Part shown: positions 10,059-19,991 of the stretch, piece by piece | Numbering within the stretch: the stretch's first letter is position 1 | Layout: each line of letters opens with the position of its first letter | Source of the DNA: Slackia sp. | Lineage (GTDB): Bacteria > Actinomycetota > Coriobacteriia > Coriobacteriales > Eggerthellaceae | NCBI GenBank assembly: GCA_029266945.1 | Contig: JARIED010000023.1 | Span: 34,491 to 98,490 of the forward strand | Length of the DNA stretch: 64,000 nucleotides | Reading direction: 5' to 3' | Notes under the pieces: generated by a model | What the model was told of the DNA's origin: nothing | The model's input: only the letters and a program-made list of their open reading frames with translations | Database searches by the model: none | Translations under genes and position numbers: made by a program

Positions 10059-11111
10059 TTATACGAAGAGAAGGAATAGCTCGGCCATCAAGAAGCCTAT
10101 GAGACCGCATCCAGGGAAGGTAAGCACCCAGGTTTTCACCATGTCGATGGCCACCTGCCATTTCACGGCGCTCTTGCGCTTGGCGGCGCCGACGCCCATG
10201 ATCGCCGTCGTTTTCACGTGCGTCGTAGAAACGGGCATGCCGGTAAACGTAGCGACCATAAGGCACAACGTGGCGGAGGCACTTGCCGCAAAGCCCTGAT
10301 ACACCTCGAGCTTGACCATGTTCATGGCGACGTTTTTGATGATACGCTCGCCGCCGATCGCGGTGCCAAGGCCCATGTTCACGGCGCAGAGCACCATAAG
10401 CCATACGGGCAAAGCGAGCTGCGCGGGCTGCCCCAGGCCAGCGGCCAAGGCGATGCCCAGCATGAAGACGCTCATGAACTTCTGTCCGTCCTGGGCGCCG
10501 TGCATGAATGCGACACCTGCGCCGGCGATGATCTGGCCCCAATGAAATACCTGATTCGCCCTGGCGCGCTGCACGTTCCTGCAAAGCCGAGCGATGGCCT
10601 TCGCCGTCAGCCAGCCCATGCCGAAGCCGAGGAAGGTCGACAGCAAAATGCCGTAGATAACCTTCATCCATTCGCTCCAATTGATGGCATCGAAGCTGCC
10701 GACCGCAGCGATGGCCGCACCCGTCAAGCCCGCGATCAGCGAATGGCTCTGCGACGTAGGTATGCCGAAGAACCAAGCCGCAGCACCCCAGACGATGATA
10801 GCCACCATGGCCGCCGCCAAGGCCGCAAGCGCGGCTTGATTATCGCCGCCGAAATCGACCATCTTGAAAATGGTGTTGGCGACGGCGCTCGTGAACACCG
10901 AAACGACGAGCAATCCCAAGAAATTGCAAAGCGCCGCCATAATGATCGCGGGACGCGGCTTCATAGAGCGCGTCGACACCACAGTCGCGATGGCATTGGG
11001 CGCATCGGTCGCTCCGTTGACGACGATGACGGCAACATTGAGCAGCGTGACGGCGAGCATGAGCGGGTCGGACATGACCCCCATCATGAAGGTTCCGAAT
11101 TCGACGGTCAC
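10059..11111 (-). CDS. Inorganic phosphate transporter, PiT family
   Basis: 350-aa polytopic protein with PiT signatures (NGATDAPNAIATVVSTR, HGAQDGQK, PVSTTH). GTG start behind GGAGGA. Confidence 0.9.
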   Translation of the reverse strand: MTVEFGTFMMGVMSDPLMLAVTLLNVAVIVVNGATDAPNAIATVVSTRSMKPRPAIIMAALCNFLGLLVVSVFTSAVANTIFKMVDFGGDNQAALAALAAAMVAIIVWGAAAWFFGIPTSQSHSLIAGLTGAAIAAVGSFDAINWSEWMKVIYGILLSTFLGFGMGWLTAKAIARLCRNVQRARANQVFHWGQIIAGAGVAFMHGAQDGQKFMSVFMLGIALAAGLGQPAQLALPVWLMVLCAVNMGLGTAIGGERIIKNVAMNMVKLEVYQGFAASASATLCLMVATFTGMPVSTTHVKTTAIMGVGAAKRKSAVKWQVAIDMVKTWVLTFPGCGLIGFLMAELFLLFV

Positions 11112-11153
11112 TTAGATCCTCCGATCGATCGCGTGCGCCTTGGCGCCGCTCCG

Positions 11154-11834
11154 CTAAAACGCCTCGATGACGCGACGACGCTCGGCGCCGATGGTCGTCA
11201 GGCCCTCATGGCCGGGATACACGATCGTCGCATCGGGCAGAGCGCTCAGCTTGTTGCGCAGGCTCGCGCGCATCTCTCGCGCGCTGCCGCCCTCGAAATC
11301 GACGCGGCCGGTAGCGCCGCGGAACAGCGTGTCGCCCGAGAACAGCAGGCCGGGCTTGCCGTCGAAGCCGGAAAGATACAGGCAGATGCCGCCTTTAGTG
11401 TGGCCGGGAGTGTGCAGAACCTTGAATTCGAGCGATCCGAGCTTGATCGTATCACCGTCTTTGACCTTGCGGTCGACATGCACGGGAGCCACGGCGTCCC
11501 AATCGCCGAAATAGCCGGGCTGGCCGGACTCGATGATCTTCGAATCGAGCGCATGGGCAATCACTTCGGCGCCCGTCGCCTTCTGCAGCGCAGGCAGCGC
11601 GACCAGATGGTCGTTGTGGTCGTGAGTGCAGACGATGTATCTCAGATCGAGCCAGCCGAGCGCCTTCAGGATGGCGTCGGCGTCGCCCGCGGGATCGACC
11701 ACCAATGCGGGAGCACCTTCTTCGCGACCCGCCGAAACGATAAAGCAGTTATTGTCCATCATGCCGATGGTCAGAATGGATACAGGAACGCAGCCGTTGG
11801 CGTCGGTGACGACGCGTTTGCAATCCGCACGCAT
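11154..11834 (-). CDS. MBL-fold metallo-hydrolase (glyoxalase II-like)
   Basis: The HxHxDH motif is present (THDHNDH) with downstream HTPGHT and D..F..G..GR. The start was trimmed to the ATG (MRADCK) behind GAAAGGA. Confidence 0.85.
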   Translation of the reverse strand: MRADCKRVVTDANGCVPVSILTIGMMDNNCFIVSAGREEGAPALVVDPAGDADAILKALGWLDLRYIVCTHDHNDHLVALPALQKATGAEVIAHALDSKIIESGQPGYFGDWDAVAPVHVDRKVKDGDTIKLGSLEFKVLHTPGHTKGGICLYLSGFDGKPGLLFSGDTLFRGATGRVDFEGGSAREMRASLRNKLSALPDATIVYPGHEGLTTIGAERRRVIEAF

Positions 11835-11957
11835 CAATATTCCTTTCGATTCCCCCTCGGCCTTGTGCCGAGGGGCTCTTACGCGAAAACACCGCGCAAG
11901 CGGACCCCTTCGCGCCAAAGGTCCCGAGCCCGGAAGCGCGAGACCTTTCCCCTTGTT

Positions 11958-14324
11958 CTATTTCCTTCGATGCACCGCATCGCCCGGAAGCATGCGGCGG
12001 GCATCGAACACGCCGTCGATCTTGCGCAACGACTCCAGGATGTTCTCGATGTTGGAAACCTGCGACACCTGGAACAGATACCTCATTTCCACGATGCCGT
12101 CTGAATGGCTTGCCGTGTTGGAGGTGAGCACGTTGACGCCCGTATCGGACAACGTGTTGATAATATCACGCAAAAGGTTCATGCGGTCGAGCGCTTCAAT
12201 GAACACCTCAACCTGATACGAACTTGTATTCTCCGCGGTTTCCTCCCATGATACGCCGATCAGACGTCCCTGGTCGCGCATGAGGTCTTTCGCGTTGGGG
12301 CAGTCGGCTCGATGCACCGAAACGCCGCGGCCGCGCGTGACGAAGCCGATGATCTTGTCGCCGGGCACCGGATTGCAGCAACGCGACAGGCGCACGGGAG
12401 CGCTGTCGAGGCCCGCTACGACCACGCCGTTGGACGAATGCGCGCGGCGCGGCAAAGGACGCTTGACCGATGTGATCATCGGGGGCATGACGCCGCTGCT
12501 CATCATGGGAATGGCCGGCGTATCATCGACGGGCTCGGGATGCAAGATCTTGAGCAGGCGATTCGCCACGTGCAGCACGGTTTCCTTGCCCGCGCCGATG
12601 GCGACCAGCATGTCCTCGACGTCTTTGTAGCCCATCTGCTCGGCGACCTGTTTCTGTGCGCGCACCGACGACGTGGATCCCAGACCCAGGCCGTGCTTCT
12701 TCATTTCGCGGCCGAGCTTCTCGCGGCCCATGATCAGATCGTCGCTGCGGCTGACCTTGGAGAAATAACTGCGGATCTTGCTGCGCGCCGAAGGCGTCTT
12801 GACCATCTTGATCCAGTCGCGCGAGGGCGTGGCGCTTTTCTGCGTGAGGATTTCCACGCGGTCGCCCATCTGCAACTCGTAGGACAGCGGCACGATGGCG
12901 CCGTTGACCTTCGCGCCGACGCAGTGGTTGCCCACCTCGGAGTGCACGTTATAGGCGAAATCGACCGGCGTCGAGCCGCTGCGCAGGCTCATGACCTCGC
13001 CGGCGGGCGTGAACACGAACACCTCGGTCGGCGCAAGGTCGACCTTGAGCTCGCTGAGGAACTCGCGCGAGTCCTTGGTCTCCTCCTGCCAGTCGACCAT
13101 CTGCCTCAGCCAGGCGATCTGACGGTCGAAGGCGGCGTCCGCCTTGCTCCCCTTCTCTTTATAGCGCCAGTGCGCGGCCACGCCGTATTCGCTCATGCGA
13201 TGCATCTCTTCGGTGCGGATCTGCACCTCGAGCGGGCGGCCCGACGGGCCGATCACCGTGGTGTGAAGGCTCTGATACATATTGAGCTTGGGCATGGCGA
13301 TGTAGTCTTTGAAGCGGCCGGGCATCGGATGCCACAGCGAATGCACCGCGCCGAGCACCGAGTAGCAGTCCTTCACCGTCTTCACGATGACGCGCACGGC
13401 GATCAGATCGTAAATCTCGGAGAAGCCCTTTCCGCGCTTGGTCATCTTCTGATAGATGGAGTACAGGTGCTTGGGACGGCCGGCGATATGGCCCTTGATC
13501 CCCACCTTGTCGAGCTCGCCCGTCAAAAGCTCGATCACGTCGGCCAGATAGCGCTCGCGCTCCATGCGGCTTTCGGCGACCATGCGGCTGATCTGGCCGA
13601 ACTTGACCGGATCGAGGTAATAGAACGAAAGGTCCTCGAGCTCCCATTTGATGGAGCCGATGCCGAGGCGATGCGCGATGGGAGCATAGATTTCGAGAGT
13701 TTCGCGCGCCTTGAAGATGCGGCGGTCCTCCCTGAGCGCCGACAGCGTACGCATATTATGGAGCCTGTCGGCGAGCTTGATCACGATGACGCGGATGTCT
13801 TTGCTCATGGCGACGAACATCTTGCGGATCGTGGCCGCCTGTTCGTCGGTCAAGCTTTCCACCTCGATGCGCGTGATCTTGGTGACGCCCTGCACGAGCT
13901 GGGCGACCTGCGGATTGAACAGGTCGGACACCTGCTCGACCGTCGTCGGGGTGTCTTCCACGGTATCGTGCAGAAGAGCCGCGCACAGCGTGTCGACATC
14001 CATGCGCAGATCGGTAAGGATCAGCGCCACCTCGATCGGATGCGCGACGAAGGGCTCGCCGCTTTTACGCTTCTGGTCCGCATGGACCCCGGAAGCGAAG
14101 CGATACGCCTTCTCGAGCATCGCGCAGTCCTCTTCGGGCAGATAGCCCGAAGCGATTCTTTTCAGCTTCGCGAAGCGCACCTCGGGCGACTTCGCCTCGG
14201 ACGGATTGGCCGAAGGAGCGATGCCGCCGTCGAAAAAATCGCCGATCGGCTCGCCGACGGCGTTGGCGAGCATCGGCTCGACCTGCATGGCGTCGCGACC
14301 TTCCACCTTCGCATCATCGGACAT
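11958..14324 (-). CDS. relA: Bifunctional (p)ppGpp synthetase/hydrolase (RelA/SpoT homologue)
   Basis: 788 aa with an HD hydrolase region (HPIEVALIL, LLHDTVEDT), a synthetase region (YRSLHTTV-type: YQSLHTTVIG, EVQIRT), and TGS and ACT-like C-terminal parts. The start overlaps the recJ stop by 11 nt. Confidence 0.95.
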   Translation of the reverse strand: MSDDAKVEGRDAMQVEPMLANAVGEPIGDFFDGGIAPSANPSEAKSPEVRFAKLKRIASGYLPEEDCAMLEKAYRFASGVHADQKRKSGEPFVAHPIEVALILTDLRMDVDTLCAALLHDTVEDTPTTVEQVSDLFNPQVAQLVQGVTKITRIEVESLTDEQAATIRKMFVAMSKDIRVIVIKLADRLHNMRTLSALREDRRIFKARETLEIYAPIAHRLGIGSIKWELEDLSFYYLDPVKFGQISRMVAESRMERERYLADVIELLTGELDKVGIKGHIAGRPKHLYSIYQKMTKRGKGFSEIYDLIAVRVIVKTVKDCYSVLGAVHSLWHPMPGRFKDYIAMPKLNMYQSLHTTVIGPSGRPLEVQIRTEEMHRMSEYGVAAHWRYKEKGSKADAAFDRQIAWLRQMVDWQEETKDSREFLSELKVDLAPTEVFVFTPAGEVMSLRSGSTPVDFAYNVHSEVGNHCVGAKVNGAIVPLSYELQMGDRVEILTQKSATPSRDWIKMVKTPSARSKIRSYFSKVSRSDDLIMGREKLGREMKKHGLGLGSTSSVRAQKQVAEQMGYKDVEDMLVAIGAGKETVLHVANRLLKILHPEPVDDTPAIPMMSSGVMPPMITSVKRPLPRRAHSSNGVVVAGLDSAPVRLSRCCNPVPGDKIIGFVTRGRGVSVHRADCPNAKDLMRDQGRLIGVSWEETAENTSSYQVEVFIEALDRMNLLRDIINTLSDTGVNVLTSNTASHSDGIVEMRYLFQVSQVSNIENILESLRKIDGVFDARRMLPGDAVHRRK

Positions 14325-17300
14325 GGCTATCCCCTTCCCCCGAAACGCCTTCCGGCGCGATCGGCCTGATGATCCTTTCGCGCAGAACGGACGCCGGCGT
14401 ACGCATCACCCACTCGGTGAAGCGGGCGAACGATTCCGACTCGTCGAGACCTTCGCGATAGCGGACGCTGTCGGTCAGCTCGACCTTGCCCCCGAATGCG
14501 CACACGTGCACCTCGCGGGACGGCCCGCCCTGCATCGAGGACGTGCGCGTGCGCACGAGCCCGAGCTCTTCGAACACCGCCATGCCGCTGGCGCACACAT
14601 CGGGCGTCACCGCGAAACGCGGCGTGCGGGCATTGCAGACGCGAGCAAGTTCTTCGTCGGACATTGTAAAGAAAATATCCTCGTCGCGCACGGTTTCGGA
14701 CCGGCCTGCGGCGCGCGATTCCGCATCGCGCTGCAGGCAGCGCAGCTCGCGATACACCTGGCCCAAGGCGTCATGCTCAGGCGCGGCCTGGCGCAAGACG
14801 TCCTGATTGGCCGCCGCATCGCGGCTTCCGAACAGCAGGTGTATGCATGCGTCCTGCCCGTTGCGGCCGGCACGGCCGCTCATCTGGTTGAATTCGACCT
14901 CTGAAAACGGCATGCCGTACAGCACGACGTGACGCACGTCGGGAATGTCGACGCCTTCGCCGAATGCGGACGTGCATACGAGCACGCGCAGGACGTTTTC
15001 CCTGAACAGACGCTCGATGCGCGTTCGCTCGTCGCGCGAGAGGCCCGCGTTGTAGAAGCCGACCTGCATGGCGATCTGGGGAACCATGCGGCGCAGGCTG
15101 CGCGTCAGATCGATAGAACCCATACGCGAGTTCACATACACGATGGTCTTCTCGCCCGATGCGACGATCGAAGCCAAATAGCTGTCTTTGTCGCGCAGGC
15201 TGCGACGATCGTCCACCTGCAGGTTGCTGCGGTCGGCGCCGTCGTAGACCACTTCCTCGATACCGAGCACGTCGGCGATATGAGACGCCGCCTCGTCGGG
15301 GGCGGTCGCGGTGGCCGCCAAGACGACGGGGCTTCCCATCAGGGCCGCGATATCGCGCAGACGGTCGTAGGCCTCGCGCTTGCCCAAGCCTGCCTGGACC
15401 ATATGGTGCGCCTCGTCGACCGCGAGGAACCCGATGCGGCCGCACGCCGCCACGTCTCCCGCATGCCATGCAAGGTATTCGGGCGTCGTCAGCACCACAT
15501 CGAGCGAGCCGTCGGCCAGCCCCCCGTACACCTCGACGCGCTCGTCGAAGGAGGACTCGCCTGTCAGCACAGCCGCCGTCAGGCCGAAGTTCGAAAACAG
15601 CGTGGCAAGATGGTAGGCCTGGTCGGAGATAAGCGCGCGCAGCGGATACACGAATACGCTGACAAGCCCCGCCGCCAAAGCGCAACGAGCGGCGTGCACG
15701 TGGAACACGAGCGATTTGCCCCGCCCGGTCCCCATGACCGCGAGGGTGTTCTTCCCCCTGGCGAGGCAGTCCAGCGCGCGGCGCTGGGCCTCATGCAGCG
15801 AACCGTCGCCGATCACGGCGCCGACCAGGGCGTCCGTCAATCCTGCGGGATTGTCTGCGGCAAGACGCCGCCAACGCTCGCGGCGTTCGCGCTTCTGGGC
15901 TTCACAACAGCACGAACCGTCGGCGCACGGCTCCCTGTCTTCGCAGCACAAGTCGTCGATGAACTCCATATCCTCGACGGGCAGGCACGCTTTCAGAGCC
16001 GGACATGCGCTGGCGGGCTCGACCACGTCGAGCATGCACTTCACCGTGCGGCGGCCGCGCCATTCGTCGACCTGGACCTGGAACGCCGCGTCGACCACGC
16101 TGCCGCACGCCATGAATTCCCCGATGCCGTCGCAATGAAACATAATGGCATCGACCGAGGACGCGCCGTCGGTAAGCGTGCAGGCCAGATGATTCTTGCC
16201 GGCGCCTACCGCACGGCAGTTCGACAGGCGGATATTGCGCGCAAGATAGCGGGGCGTGAGGTTTTCCTGGCCGAACGGGGCCAGGCTCGAAAGCGCGTCG
16301 ACGCTTTCGAGCGTCAATTCTCCCAGACCGACCAGCGAATCGACCTCGATAAGCGGATGGAAGCTGTCTTCGGGCAGCGTGTCCATGTAGGCACAGAGGC
16401 GCTCGGTGAATTCGGGCAGCTTGTCGGCAGGAAGCGTCACGCCCACGGCGGCTTCGTGGCCGCCGAAGCGCGTAAGGATATCGGACGTCGATTCGACCGC
16501 CTTGAACAGGTTCACCCTGCCAACGCTTCGTCCCGAGCCGCGGGCTTCGCCGTCCTCGATCGTGAACAACAGCGAAGGAACGCCGTATGCGTTCACCAGG
16601 CGCGAGGCCACGATGCCCTTCACGCCTTCGTGCCAGCCCTCGCCCGCCACGACGAGCGCGCGCTGGCCCGTATAGATTTCATCGGCCTTGCCCTTGGCCT
16701 CTTCGGCCAGATCGGCCTCGATCGCGCGGCGGGCGTCGTTGACCAGGTCGAGCTCTGCCGCCTTGACCTGGGCTGTTTCGAAATCATCGGCCATCAGCAG
16801 CTCGAGAGCCAGGTCGGCATTGCCCATGCGGCCCGCCGCATTGAGGCGTGGAATGAGCGAGAATGACAGATTAGTGGAAGAAAGCGGCTTGCCCGCCACA
16901 TTGCACACCCCGATAAGCGCCGCGATGCAAGGACGCGGATTCGCATTCATGCGGGCGATGCCGTCAGCCACGAGCGCGCGGTTCTCGCCGCGCAGCGGCA
17001 TGAGGTCGGCCACCGTGCCCAGCGTGGCGAAGTCGGTGTATTCGCGCCACAGGTGCGGCTGGCCCAAACGTCCGCCGAGCGCCTGCACCATCTTGAGCGC
17101 GACGCCGACGCCCGCCAGGATGGAGCTTTCGCACGCGGGGTCGCGCTTGGGGTCGGCCACAGGAACGCCTTCAGGCACGGCGGCGCCGGGCTCGTGATGG
17201 TCGGTGACCACCACGTCGATGCCGTCGGCCAGCACCGCGTTCACTTCGTCTTTGCACGAGATGCCGCAGTCCACCGTGACGATCAGCGACGGATCGTGGC

Positions 17301-17697
17301 TTTCCGCGCGCGCGATCGAAGCGGCCGTGAGGCCGTAGCCTTCCTCGAAGCGTTTCGGAATGAGCGGAACCGCATCGGCGCCGAGTGCACGCAGACCGCG
17401 CGTGAGCACCGTGGTCGCCGAAATGCCGTCCAGGTCGAAGTCGCCGAACACGAGGATGCGGCGGCCTTCGCGGATGGCCGCCTCGATGCGGTCGGCCGCC
17501 GCTTTCATATCGGGGATCTCATAGGGATTGCGCCAATCGCGCTCCAGGTCGGGCGCGAGGAATGCCCGCGCCTCCTCGACGCTCGAAACGCCGTGGGCCG
17601 CCATGGTGCGTGCGACGAATCGCGGAAGCCCGAACTCTTGCTGAAAAGTAGATACAAGCGTCGGGTCAGCCGACGCTACATGGAATTGCGCTGCCAT
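14314..17697 (-). CDS. recJ: RecJ single-strand DNA exonuclease fused to a RecQ-like DEAH helicase
   Basis: The N-terminal 560 aa or so carry RecJ DHH/DHHA1 motifs (FGDFDLDGISA, TVDCG, VVVTDHH, GGHEAAVG). A Cys-rich linker follows. The C-terminal 500 aa or so carry helicase motifs I (GTGRGKS), II (VDEAHH), III (ATAT) and VI (QMSGRAGRNGQ). Confidence 0.88.
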   Translation of the reverse strand: MAAQFHVASADPTLVSTFQQEFGLPRFVARTMAAHGVSSVEEARAFLAPDLERDWRNPYEIPDMKAAADRIEAAIREGRRILVFGDFDLDGISATTVLTRGLRALGADAVPLIPKRFEEGYGLTAASIARAESHDPSLIVTVDCGISCKDEVNAVLADGIDVVVTDHHEPGAAVPEGVPVADPKRDPACESSILAGVGVALKMVQALGGRLGQPHLWREYTDFATLGTVADLMPLRGENRALVADGIARMNANPRPCIAALIGVCNVAGKPLSSTNLSFSLIPRLNAAGRMGNADLALELLMADDFETAQVKAAELDLVNDARRAIEADLAEEAKGKADEIYTGQRALVVAGEGWHEGVKGIVASRLVNAYGVPSLLFTIEDGEARGSGRSVGRVNLFKAVESTSDILTRFGGHEAAVGVTLPADKLPEFTERLCAYMDTLPEDSFHPLIEVDSLVGLGELTLESVDALSSLAPFGQENLTPRYLARNIRLSNCRAVGAGKNHLACTLTDGASSVDAIMFHCDGIGEFMACGSVVDAAFQVQVDEWRGRRTVKCMLDVVEPASACPALKACLPVEDMEFIDDLCCEDREPCADGSCCCEAQKRERRERWRRLAADNPAGLTDALVGAVIGDGSLHEAQRRALDCLARGKNTLAVMGTGRGKSLVFHVHAARCALAAGLVSVFVYPLRALISDQAYHLATLFSNFGLTAAVLTGESSFDERVEVYGGLADGSLDVVLTTPEYLAWHAGDVAACGRIGFLAVDEAHHMVQAGLGKREAYDRLRDIAALMGSPVVLAATATAPDEAASHIADVLGIEEVVYDGADRSNLQVDDRRSLRDKDSYLASIVASGEKTIVYVNSRMGSIDLTRSLRRMVPQIAMQVGFYNAGLSRDERTRIERLFRENVLRVLVCTSAFGEGVDIPDVRHVVLYGMPFSEVEFNQMSGRAGRNGQDACIHLLFGSRDAAANQDVLRQAAPEHDALGQVYRELRCLQRDAESRAAGRSETVRDEDIFFTMSDEELARVCNARTPRFAVTPDVCASGMAVFEELGLVRTRTSSMQGGPSREVHVCAFGGKVELTDSVRYREGLDESESFARFTEWVMRTPASVLRERIIRPIAPEGVSGEGDSHVR

Positions 17698-17871
17698 AAT
17701 GTCACGTGCCTTACGTCATAACCTCTTTTTTCACGTGCCATTGTCGCATATTTATCAAGATTTCGACGCGCAATCGGCGTGGTCGCGGGGGCAAGCGGGA
17801 AACGTTGCCGAAACGCAACCGGCATGCGGTGCGCCCGGGCCGCAAGCGGAAACGGCGCGAACCGTACCCGA

Positions 17872-17907
17872 AACGCAGAAAAGCCGGCTGCGCACGGCAT
17901 CCGGCTT
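17872..17907 (-). terminator. Intrinsic terminator downstream of pth
   Basis: On the minus strand, AAGCCGG...CCGGCTT is followed by TTCTGCGTTT. Confidence 0.5.
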
Positions 17908-17912
17908 CATCA

Positions 17913-18470
17913 TCAGTTGAATTTCTGCTGGGTCTTTTCAAGCCCGTCGTCCAGAAGGGACAGCACCGCTTCGGCAGCCAGATGTGTGACCTGGTCGAAA
18001 TCGTCGCGGGCCTCCTTCTTCGGCAGGCTCAGCACCCAATCGGCCACCGGCATGCGTCCCGGCGGGCGCCCGATGCCGGCGCGCACGCGCGTCCAGTCTT
18101 TAGTCTGCAGCTTATCGGCGATCGATTTGAGGCCGTTGTGGCCCGCCAAGCCGCCGCCGAATTTCACGCGCACCGTGCCAGGGTCGATGTCGAGCTCGTC
18201 GTGAATCACCACCAAATCGGAGGGAGCGACCTTGTACGTGGAGCACAGCTGTTTCACGGGGCCGCCCGACACGTTCATATAGCTTTGCGGCTTCGCCAAA
18301 ACGAGCTCTTCGCCGCGATATTTCACCTTAGCGGTCAACGCGCCGCATTCGGTCTTCCAGTACGTCGCCCTGAGCTGTTCGGCCAAATCGTCGACGGCGT
18401 CGAAGCCGGCGTTATGGCGCGTATGGGCGTATTCGTCACCCGGATTTCCCAGGCCCACGATCAAACGCAT
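17913..18470 (-). CDS. pth: Peptidyl-tRNA hydrolase
   Basis: MRLIVGLGNPG...TRHNAGF...HDELD...GGHNGLKS. The start was trimmed to the ATG behind AAGGAGG. Confidence 0.94.
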   Translation of the reverse strand: MRLIVGLGNPGDEYAHTRHNAGFDAVDDLAEQLRATYWKTECGALTAKVKYRGEELVLAKPQSYMNVSGGPVKQLCSTYKVAPSDLVVIHDELDIDPGTVRVKFGGGLAGHNGLKSIADKLQTKDWTRVRAGIGRPPGRMPVADWVLSLPKKEARDDFDQVTHLAAEAVLSLLDDGLEKTQQKFN

Positions 18471-18558
18471 GCGTTCCTCCTTGCATTCTTTCGGCCTGAA
18501 TTGTGCCATGCGCCGCGCGAAGCCGCTCCGAAATGCATAAAACGCGCACGTCGACTCG

Positions 18559-19710
18559 CTATTTCGCAGACTCGCCCTGGCCGCGCAACGCGCGATGCGC
18601 CGCTTCTTCCGCAAGATCGCCGACCGCCGCCGTCAGAATGGCGCGGGTCTCCTCGTCGCTGTTCTTCGCGGCGTCGCGCATCAGCCCGAGCGTCTTCGGC
18701 CCGAACTTGAGAAACTCCGAGAAATCCTGGGCGCCCGACGCCTTCATGGCCTCGAACAGCGCATCCACGATCCTGCGCGCCTGCCGCTCGTCGTAGCGGG
18801 CCAACCAGCTTTCGATAACATCGTGCGCGAACTGCGCCGACGACGCGAGCCCGCTGCAGCGCGCAAAGTCGAACCCTTCGACTCCCCACGAGAACGGGTC
18901 ATGCTGCCACGCGCCCGATTCGCTCGACTGCACCACGGAATACGGCGCGGGGTATTCCATCAACATGCCGATCAGCGATTCGCGCGGCACATAGCGGTCG
19001 AGCAAGTGCGCTAGCGCGATGCTTTGCGCCCCGTCGAACACACCGTGGTGAAATCCCGGAGCATCGAACGAGAATACACGCGTAATGCGGGCACGCACCT
19101 TCGGGTCGCACTTCGCCGCGGCATACATGGCAAGATTGCCGCCTTTGGAATGACCGCCCACGAACAGGCGCCTCGGCAAGCGCGAGGCAGCCGCGTCCAG
19201 ATAGCGCACCGCGCTCTCTTGCGCCGGCACGCGATCCATGTAGGCCATGTCGAAATCTTCGCGCCAGCCCGTGAAAGAACAATCCGTACCGCGAAACCCC
19301 ACGAAGGCGAACTCGTTTTTATACGAGAACGAGAGCGCCGCGAACTGCGTGCACGCACCTTCGTCGAACACGCTCGCGCACTCTTCCATGCGCATGTCGC
19401 GAAAGCGCGGACTGGCCGCGAGGGCGAACATGAGCCCTTTGATCTTCTCGGGGACAAGACCCGTGAACATATCGGAGAAATGCTCGGCCATCAGGGCATC
19501 TTTGAAGCAAACCCCCCTCTTCCCAGGGAACAGCGCCTTCAGGCGCGCCGCGGCGCGGCCGCCGATCGTGCTTTCTTCCTTCATGGCGGGCAGGATGCAT
19601 TCCATGCGCACCATGCAGAACTCGGAAAGCACGAGCGCATCGACGGCGCAAAACGGCACCTCGTCGAACGTGGCGAATTCCGTCGCCAGGTAGTCCATGA
19701 TGTTGCGCAT
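18559..19710 (-). CDS. Alpha/beta-hydrolase-like protein (DUF2974 / Mbeg1-like, lipase-class-3-like)
   Basis: 383 aa. The nucleophile elbow is GHSKGG, preceded by FVGFRGTD...W.EDF. AAGGGAGGG SD upstream. Confidence 0.72.
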   Translation of the reverse strand: MRNIMDYLATEFATFDEVPFCAVDALVLSEFCMVRMECILPAMKEESTIGGRAAARLKALFPGKRGVCFKDALMAEHFSDMFTGLVPEKIKGLMFALAASPRFRDMRMEECASVFDEGACTQFAALSFSYKNEFAFVGFRGTDCSFTGWREDFDMAYMDRVPAQESAVRYLDAAASRLPRRLFVGGHSKGGNLAMYAAAKCDPKVRARITRVFSFDAPGFHHGVFDGAQSIALAHLLDRYVPRESLIGMLMEYPAPYSVVQSSESGAWQHDPFSWGVEGFDFARCSGLASSAQFAHDVIESWLARYDERQARRIVDALFEAMKASGAQDFSEFLKFGPKTLGLMRDAAKNSDEETRAILTAAVGDLAEEAAHRALRGQGESAK

Positions 19711-19898
19711 CGGGCGCCCTCCCTTTTCGCCGAAGAGAAGGCGCGCGACGGCGCCTTCCGTACGCGCTACACCTTCTCATACGAACGAACCTCGTGCGGG
19801 CCTGGACGCGCCTTTGATAACGAGACGTCACGCACGCGGGCGGGTCCGAGGCGCATGCAAGACCTTCGCGCGCTCGAAACGGCGCGGGCGCATGGCGC

Positions 19899-19929
19899 GA
19901 AAAAAGCCCGTCGCGATGCGGCGGGCTTT
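19899..19929 (-). terminator. Intrinsic terminator downstream of prs
   Basis: On the minus strand, AGCCCG-loop-CGGGCT is followed by TTTTTT. Confidence 0.6.
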
Positions 19930-19991
19930 CGAACATACCTCTGTATCCGTCCGGCCGGGCCGCATACGCGGGCACGGCGGGCGGCGCTTCC

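Noticed and set aside
17706-18710. 334-aa plus-strand ORF across the pth region
   Set aside because: It is antisense to pth and to the pth-recJ intergenic region, with basic low-complexity composition and no motifs.
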